Shown: piece after piece, positions 57,483 through 64,000 of the stretch
Layout of the letters: the number at the start of each line of letters is the position of its first letter
Position numbering within the stretch: position 1 is the first letter of the stretch
Position numbers and translations under genes: made by a program
DNA from: Promethearchaeota archaeon
GTDB lineage: Archaea > Asgardarchaeota > Lokiarchaeia > Sigyniarchaeales > SOKP01
Direction: 5' to 3'
Assembly (NCBI GenBank): GCA_048941015.1
Contig: JBHLNZ010000008.1
Coordinates: 16,596 to 80,595 of the forward strand
DNA length: 64,000 nt
The notes under the pieces: model-generated
The model's input: only the letters and a program-made list of their open reading frames with translations
Database searches by the model: none
Told to the model about the DNA's origin: nothing

Positions 57483-58517
57483 CTAAGAAACAGTTAATTT
57501 AACAATAGTTTCTACTAATTTATCAATATTATAATTGGTTTTTACGGATGTGAAGATAAATTTCCAGCACCTCCCACCTAACTTATCAAATTCGAAAAAA
57601 TCTAAGATTTCTTCTTTTGTTCTTTCAATTTGTTCATGAGAATTTTTTTTTGAAGGAATAAGTAAATCAAGTTTATTCCCTAAAATTACTAATGGGATAT
57701 TAGATAATGTATAATTGTTTAAAATTTTCCAGAATTCTCGTTTAGATTCATCAAATCTTAATTGATTTGCTGCATCAATCATATAGATTAAAATATTAGA
57801 ATCTTGAATTCCTTTCAACCATTTTTCTCTAAATCTAACTTGACCTGGGAGATCCCAAAGGGAGTATTGATTTTCTTCTATTTGGAGGTATTCTATATTG
57901 AATTTCTTTGAAGGTGTAAAAAAATTATCATTAAATTTCCCAGTTTTTATTCTTCTAATTAATGACGTTTTACCGACGTCATCTAATCCAAATAGAAAAA
58001 CTTTAGTATATAATCCAACGAGTTGTAATGAGATTTCCCTTTGTACCAATATCTCATCTCCAAATCTACGGATGTCAATAAATAAAGTTATTAATAAATT
58101 TTCGATTTCAAAGTCATTATTAAAGGAACAACATTTCTCATTATTTAATAATTCATGGGATAGATCTTCAAATATCTCTCTGTAATCAAAAGTATTATCG
58201 CCTTCTTCAAATATCAAGCCAATTATCATTTTTGAATTAATCCCTATAGTATAAATGTTTTGATTATTAACCTTTTGTGGGATTGGGCAATCAAAAATAA
58301 ATTGATTTTTTTGATTATTCTTAGAATTAGATTTTTTTGACTTCTGATTTATCTTGCGTGATTTTTCTAATATAAAGCCTTGATCATGTCCTTGTATAAC
58401 TTTTTGGATAAAATTTTCGTCACTTTTTTTAGATAAATCTTCAGGGTAACTGTAAATATCAAATTGTGTTAAATCATGAAAATTTTTACCCTTTATTAAG
58501 AAGATATTGGATAACAA
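57483..58517 (-). CDS. Arf-like GTPase with N-terminal longin/uDENN-like domain
   Basis: GLDDVGKT, WDLPGQ, GNKLD, TSVK; N-terminal IYSYPE...IIGLIFEEGDN alpha/beta domain (longin call is tentative). Confidence 0.85.
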   Translation of the reverse strand: MLSNIFLIKGKNFHDLTQFDIYSYPEDLSKKSDENFIQKVIQGHDQGFILEKSRKINQKSKKSNSKNNQKNQFIFDCPIPQKVNNQNIYTIGINSKMIIGLIFEEGDNTFDYREIFEDLSHELLNNEKCCSFNNDFEIENLLITLFIDIRRFGDEILVQREISLQLVGLYTKVFLFGLDDVGKTSLIRRIKTGKFNDNFFTPSKKFNIEYLQIEENQYSLWDLPGQVRFREKWLKGIQDSNILIYMIDAANQLRFDESKREFWKILNNYTLSNIPLVILGNKLDLLIPSKKNSHEQIERTKEEILDFFEFDKLGGRCWKFIFTSVKTNYNIDKLVETIVKLTVS

Positions 58518-58698
58518 TTTTAAATTCCTTTTATAATACTTATACTATAAGGTACTTAAGCTTGAAAATAATAACAACTTAAAAAAAGTTTTGAATATTA
58601 GGAGCTTAACCGGTTTTTAAAGTTTTCGCTTTATTATGATGGAACAAAATTAATATTTCTTTAAATAAAATGTTTATCAGAACTAAAAAGAATTAGGG

Positions 58699-60093
58699 TT
58701 ATTCTATGTTTTCAGAATCTTCTGATTCTTGATTTGAATCCGATTCCATGGATTCTAACTCATCTTCTTCATCATCTTCAGTTATTTCTTTACTTTTATT
58801 TGTATCTACGGGTGTATCACAAACTGGGCATTTTGACCATCCTTTTCTTAAACTATATCCACAATTTGAGCATTCCAGCATATCCTGATCTGGTTCCCAT
58901 TCTGGAATATTTAATCCCCCTCCTCTCCTTTCTTCTGATAATTTTTGAAGCTCTTCCTCAGTCCAGACTTCCATACCTTCTGGGATACCACTCCCTCTTT
59001 CTTCTGCTAATTTCATTAGTTCTTCTTCACTCCAAACAGGCATATCAGGCTGAGCGTTCATTCTTTTTTGAGCTTCTACTGCGAGTTCTTCAGCGGTCCA
59101 ACTTTTAAGTTCTTGACCTCCTGGGGTCCTTACAATACCCGTTTGCTGTCCTATAGGAGCACTGATAGCTGGTTGGGTCGAAGTAGATGGTATCTCAAAT
59201 AATGCTGCAGAGAATTTTAATAAAGCTTCAAAACAAGCAGAATATTTATTTTGATTTTTACTTTCTTGGGAGACAATTATTAATGTGGTTTTCTCTGAAT
59301 CAATGGGGATTGCCATACAGTTAACCGCAATATCGGATTTAATCCCACCTGAATCGATTCCAGTTTCCACTTTGTTCAAAGATTCTAGTAAATCATCATC
59401 TTTCATCAAAAAGTCACAGATGGGATCTCCGTGTCTTTGAAAACCCTCGTGGTATTTCGCTAGTTGATTTTTAGTAATAGCAGAATCAAAAGATTTGATA
59501 ACAGCGTAAATATACTGATGATTTAATGATTTAGGTCCTTTTTGAGAATCATCTAACTTAAAATTGCTTAAATCTAGATTTCCCGTAAAGGGTGCAAATA
59601 AAGGATCAGCACCTTTCATTTCTCCATATATAGTAATTCTTCCAATTATTCTTTTAATTTCGCCATAATAAGCAATTGTGTTGTCTAAAAATTCAATTTT
59701 ATTATTTTCATAAATAATTCTGGGAATTGTTCTAAAAACCACATCCACCCAAGGTAACTCTTTAACTGGAATTATGGCAATACAAGTTTTCAAGATTAAT
59801 TCTTTCAAATTTTTCAGGTAATCTTTTAGTTCCTTCTTAATTTCTTTATATTTTTCATTTTCAAGTTCTTCTTCTGCCTTTTTCATTAATTCCTTAAACT
59901 TCTCTTCATTCTTCTTAATAGAACCCCCTAATGTTTTTACTTTCTCTTCCTCAACAATGTTTTCTTTCATGATAAACGTAGCATCATCAATTATTTCCTT
60001 TTGAAGTTCAGTGAGTTCCCCTTCTACTAGATAATCATTTACATCAAATTCAAGACTGTTTATGAAAATATTAAATAATTTCTCTTGTGACAT
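58699..60093 (-). CDS. Unknown protein with three W[TS]xEEL repeats, Zn ribbon and acidic tail
   Basis: WTAEEL, WSEEEL, WTEEEL; CSNCG...CPVCD; D/E/S-rich C-terminus. Confidence 0.8.
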   Translation of the reverse strand: MSQEKLFNIFINSLEFDVNDYLVEGELTELQKEIIDDATFIMKENIVEEEKVKTLGGSIKKNEEKFKELMKKAEEELENEKYKEIKKELKDYLKNLKELILKTCIAIIPVKELPWVDVVFRTIPRIIYENNKIEFLDNTIAYYGEIKRIIGRITIYGEMKGADPLFAPFTGNLDLSNFKLDDSQKGPKSLNHQYIYAVIKSFDSAITKNQLAKYHEGFQRHGDPICDFLMKDDDLLESLNKVETGIDSGGIKSDIAVNCMAIPIDSEKTTLIIVSQESKNQNKYSACFEALLKFSAALFEIPSTSTQPAISAPIGQQTGIVRTPGGQELKSWTAEELAVEAQKRMNAQPDMPVWSEEELMKLAEERGSGIPEGMEVWTEEELQKLSEERRGGGLNIPEWEPDQDMLECSNCGYSLRKGWSKCPVCDTPVDTNKSKEITEDDEEDELESMESDSNQESEDSENIE

Positions 60094-60185
60094 TTTAGCT
60101 CCTTTTTTTAATTTTTAAATACTTATAAATATATCAACGAATTGAATATAAAAATTTATTTGAAACAGAATAGATAAAGTCTGAA

Positions 60186-60211
60186 TTAGATAATATTATT
60201 AGATAATATTA
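60186..60211. repeat. Perfect 13-bp tandem duplication TTAGATAATATTA x2
   Basis: 60186-60198 and 60199-60211. Confidence 0.7.
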
Positions 60212-60805
60212 TACTTTCTCCACATCGGGGTTAATCTCCATTTAATGATTTAAAGCACTGGGATGAAGTGATAGAAAAGATATCAAGAATATCCCATGGA
60301 AATGATAATTTATTTAATATTCTAAGTTTAGAAGATGAATATTAAGAGTTTTATTATGCTAGTTTTAGAACTTAATTTATAAAACTGATTACTAAATTCA
60401 TGTTTTTGAAGATTAAGTACAAGCAAATCGCGGATTGCTAATTTCGAAAAATTCCTTAGAAAAAAATGCAATTCAATTTTTTTTTCTATGTTTAAAAACT
60501 AACTCACTTTTTTTTGAATTAATTTTTAAAAAATTTTAAAAAATTTTAATGACTTTAAAGAATTTTCAAAAATATTTTCAATAAAAAATAAATATTCTAT
60601 TAAATGACTACAAATCTTAATAACTCTTACATTTGACCCTCTAATGATAAAAATAGATTATTAAAATGATGGAATTACTTAAAAAAAAAATCTTTAATTT
60701 ATTAAAAATATTAACCCGATAAAAAAAAAGGTTTATATATCATTTAGTAATAGAATATTATATAAAAAAAATCTAAATAAAAAATAAGGGTAAGGCGAAC
60801 TTTTA

Positions 60806-61096
60806 GTGAAGATTGTCACAGTTAATGTCCCGGAAAGTTATATTGATGCAATAAACAAATTGATTGGAGAAAATGGATTGTACCCATCAAGATCAGAATT
60901 GATAAGGTGTGCAGTCAGAGAATTCCTTTTAAAAGAGCTTAAAGCTGCCAACCAAATGAATAAATATAATTCTACTGATATTGATGATTTTGATGATGAA
61001 AATTTTGTTCGTGTGCCATTTGAAAAACTTAATGATAAATCAGAACCGGTACGTGAATTTAAAACCTATAAGATTGTTAAAAGATTAGAATATTAA
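60806..61096 (+). CDS. CopG/RHH-family DNA-binding protein
   Basis: KIVTVNVPESY...GLYPSRSELIRCAVREFL. Confidence 0.9.
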   Translation: MKIVTVNVPESYIDAINKLIGENGLYPSRSELIRCAVREFLLKELKAANQMNKYNSTDIDDFDDENFVRVPFEKLNDKSEPVREFKTYKIVKRLEY

Positions 61097-61614
61097 AAAA
61101 GTATTTAATAACTATTACAATTTTTAAAATTTCTCTCATAAGTTGGCGTTTATAAGTTCTTTTTCTTTTTTTTTATTATTTTTGATAAAAATTAAGGCTT
61201 TTTCTACAAAAAAATAAATAAAATTGACAAAATATCTTAATTACAAATTTTTCAAAAAATTAAGCATTTGGCTAAACATTTTTGTAATTTAATTAAAAGA
61301 ATATTTAAACAAAAAGGAATAATATTCAACAATAAAATCCCTACCCTTTTCTATTCCTTACTCATGATAAATTTAAATTCTATATCCACAAAAATTAATA
61401 TTATTTTTGAAAAACCAAAAAATTTTTTGTTAATCATTAGAATTTTTAATTCTAAAACCCACGATTAATAACATTAATATGAATAATATTTAAATAATGT
61501 AGAGAGAAAACTAGTTATTGTGATTAAGAGGTCATAATTTTAATTTTACATTTTAATCAGTAATTTAATAATTTAGGGTGTTATGAGATTTCTGGTCTTT
61601 ATAATGCGAAATTT

Positions 61615-62841
61615 ATGGAATGGGGAATAATAAATAAGGAGAATTTTAAAGAAAAAACAACATATGATGTACCAATAAAGAGATGGGATCCTCTTTCTAC
61701 AGTTACATTAGCTCCGGATGAATTCGGATTACATAGATCACAGAAGAGATTCTCAGGACATTATAGCTATATCTCACCGATAAGAGGTGTTCGACCTAAA
61801 GGTTATAAGACAAAAGAAAAGAAAAGTAATGCAAAAGATTATAGTTTAGAAAATTTAGAAGAAGTTCAAGATGTATTTATGGCTATTATTGAAGGAAAAC
61901 CATTATATCGAAGCGATGAGAAGCTATTAGGAGATGGATTTACAATAATTTTAATGGAAGATGAAAAAAAAAGAGATAAACCCTTTAGTGATATTCCTCA
62001 TAGAGTTAAAATCTTAAATTCAACTAAAGCCATGACTCTGATTAATCGTTATCCCTCAATGGCAAGAGTGATTGATCCAGATATTAAATTTTCTATTCAG
62101 CAAAAATTGCCAAAACATTTGAAATTAGCCGAAGGGATCAATTTAGTAACAATTTCTAAGGACTTTTATCCTTCATTGGACTTTAGTTTAATTCCTTCTG
62201 AAGTATTAGAAGCAATATTTATATCAATGAAAGAAGCAATTGTTTATTGTATATTAGAATCTATAGAAAAAGATTATTATGATATTCCTGTAAATCCCTT
62301 TTTTAATATTGGAACTAAAGTTGGTGGGTCGCAACCTCGGATACATAGTCAAGTTTATATTGATCTAAACGGTGATGGACATGGCTCAAGATTAGAAGGA
62401 TATCTGAAAGCTTTCAAAGAGATGGGAGAAAGTTGCCATTTATGCGAAACTACTCATGGAAATACAGACAGAATTATATTATCAACAAAATTCTGGACAT
62501 TTTATACTACAGGGAGCCCGATAAGAAATTATCACATTCGATTCCATCCAAATGAACACTTACGGCGCTTTTCACAGTTAAAAGTTAACCAAATGTCAGA
62601 TTTAGCGAATTCTATTAAAATGATCTTTCAAGCTATGGACGATATGAATTTAGATCGAAATCGTAATATTTTGTTTAATTGTTGTCCTTATGGATATGAT
62701 GCCGATTTTCATATGTTCGGTGATATTATACCTCATGAAATTATAGGAGGGGTAGAAATGGCTGATGATATGAGAGTCGCTAGAAAACTCCCTAATATTG
62801 CAGCTAAAGAAATCAGAAATTCCTTAGAAAAATATATATAA
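61615..62841 (+). CDS. GalT-like (HIT superfamily) nucleotidyltransferase/phosphorylase
   Basis: RWDPL, INRYPS, FFNIG..VGGSQPRIHSQ, CHLC, FHMFGDIIP, GGVE. Confidence 0.8.
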   Translation: MEWGIINKENFKEKTTYDVPIKRWDPLSTVTLAPDEFGLHRSQKRFSGHYSYISPIRGVRPKGYKTKEKKSNAKDYSLENLEEVQDVFMAIIEGKPLYRSDEKLLGDGFTIILMEDEKKRDKPFSDIPHRVKILNSTKAMTLINRYPSMARVIDPDIKFSIQQKLPKHLKLAEGINLVTISKDFYPSLDFSLIPSEVLEAIFISMKEAIVYCILESIEKDYYDIPVNPFFNIGTKVGGSQPRIHSQVYIDLNGDGHGSRLEGYLKAFKEMGESCHLCETTHGNTDRIILSTKFWTFYTTGSPIRNYHIRFHPNEHLRRFSQLKVNQMSDLANSIKMIFQAMDDMNLDRNRNILFNCCPYGYDADFHMFGDIIPHEIIGGVEMADDMRVARKLPNIAAKEIRNSLEKYI

Positions 62842-62906
62842 GTAATAGGAGAGAAATTAGTATTATTAAATTTAAGAAATAATGTAAAAAATTTTAGGTA
62901 ATAGAA

Positions 62907-63791
62907 ATGCCAAAAGCAAAAGTTAATAGTATTGAACTTTTCTACGATACCTTTGGTGATCCATCCTCTCAGCCGTTATTACTTATTATGGGCTTGGGAT
63001 CACAAATGATTAGGTGGGTCCCTGAATTATGTGAAGAGTTTGTAAAAAAAGGTTTTTTTCTAATAAGATTTGATAATAGAGATGTCGGATTATCAACGAA
63101 AATCGAAGAAGCTGGAGTCCCCGATATAATGAAAGTATATCAAAAAGTTTTACGGGGAGAGACAATTGATGCATCATACACATTAAATGATATGGCTGAT
63201 GATGCTATTGGTTTATTAGATTTTCTAAAAATAGATAAGGCACATATTTGTGGTGCTTCTATGGGAGGAATGATCGCTCAAACTATAGCAATTAGACATC
63301 CATCACGAGTCTTAAGTCTTACGTCTATAATGAGTAGTACTGGAAATGCTGATCTTCCTCAACCAAAACCAGAAGCTTTAAAGGTTTTATTAACACCGGC
63401 ACCGTCAGAACGAGAAGCAAATATAAATATTTCTGTAAAGGCATGGCGGATTCTTTGGGGCTCAGGTTATCCATTTGATGAAGAATTACAACGAAAAATG
63501 GCAGCAGAAAGTTATGATAGGAGTTATTATCCTGATGGCTTTAAGCGCCAGCTCTTAGGTATTCTTGCAAGTGGAGATCGCACTTCCGCTCTAGCTTCCG
63601 TAAATGTTCCTACGCTTGTAATCCACGGAGCTGATGATCCACTTGTTCCAATTGAAGGTGGAAAAGCAACAGCAAAAGCAATCCCTGGTGCAAAATTACT
63701 AATTATTGAAGGAATGGGTCATTCTTTGCCTCCGGGAACTTGGCCTCGAGTTGTAGATGCTATTACAGAAAACGCGTCATTAAAATCTTAA
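62907..63791 (+). CDS. Alpha/beta hydrolase
   Basis: FDNRDVGLS, GASMGG, HGADDPLVP, GMGH. Confidence 0.95.
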   Translation: MPKAKVNSIELFYDTFGDPSSQPLLLIMGLGSQMIRWVPELCEEFVKKGFFLIRFDNRDVGLSTKIEEAGVPDIMKVYQKVLRGETIDASYTLNDMADDAIGLLDFLKIDKAHICGASMGGMIAQTIAIRHPSRVLSLTSIMSSTGNADLPQPKPEALKVLLTPAPSEREANINISVKAWRILWGSGYPFDEELQRKMAAESYDRSYYPDGFKRQLLGILASGDRTSALASVNVPTLVIHGADDPLVPIEGGKATAKAIPGAKLLIIEGMGHSLPPGTWPRVVDAITENASLKS

Positions 63792-63940
63792 TAAATATTT
63801 TTTTTTAATTAAATTTGATTTCATTCAATTTTATGGATGGTTTTTATATTCTAATTTAATAACGTTTAAATTCCAATTAAAATTAGATTTATATCTACTA
63901 ATTACCATTTATTTAATGATTAAATTTTGAGGAATTCAAT

Positions 63941-64000
63941 TTGAGAGAATGGTCTGCTATTATCTTAGCTGGTGGATTAGGAAAGCGACTTATGCCTCTA
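63941..64000 (+). CDS. NDP-sugar pyrophosphorylase-family nucleotidyltransferase, N-terminal fragment at window edge
   Basis: TTG start; REWSAIILAGGLGKRLMPL matches the LAGGxGxRLxP signature. Confidence 0.85.
   Translation, partial: MREWSAIILAGGLGKRLMPL

Noticed and set aside
60259-60296. Hairpin containing ATGAA...AAAA...GA as a possible SECIS element
   Set aside because: Upper stem is only 5 bp, it is not downstream of a same-strand gene, and no in-frame TGA selenoprotein candidate was found nearby
2356-61468. Many short alternate-frame or antisense ORFs in the track (e.g. 2356, 2885, 5271, 15105, 17149, 35756, 55094, 58734) and the low-complexity ORF 61268-61468
   Set aside because: They overlap well-supported genes or are AT-rich low-complexity sequence with no motifs
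1-64000. CRISPR arrays, tRNA/rRNA, IS elements, integrases, diversity-generating retroelement
   Set aside because: No regularly spaced repeats, cloverleafs, transposase, integrase or reverse transcriptase motifs seen by eye; the four receptor paralogs are diverged with no near-identical template/variable repeat pair noticed

Overview
Very AT-rich archaeal chromosomal DNA whose gene content points to an Asgard archaeon, probably Lokiarchaeia-like (inference). Markers: four small Ras-superfamily GTPases, roadblock/longin-like domains, a V4R protein, a gelsolin-domain protein, a SNAP/TPR-like protein, a vWA protein with two RING-like fingers, archaeal CdhA and an MtrH-like protein. No rRNA, tRNA, CRISPR array or mobile element was recognised. 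Most notable are four paralogous ~750-aa single-pass membrane proteins (318-2624, 27353-29617, 29828-32095, 37685-39925). Each has a sequon-rich beta ectodomain and a cytoplasmic longin-like domain; the tails fall into two subtypes, with one adjacent A+B pair. They are candidate receptor-type regulators of small GTPases. Other items: an unannotated 43-aa HpdC/BssC-like Fe-S microprotein, a glycyl-radical enzyme paired with a PNPOx-like gene and no adjacent activase, a SAM-methyltransferase fused to a CorA-like 2-TM domain, a Zn-ribbon/ArsR/ARPP-1 operon with tandem palindromic operators, and GH57/maltokinase/GalT-like sugar-phosphate genes. All family calls come from motif recognition by eye; no searches were run.
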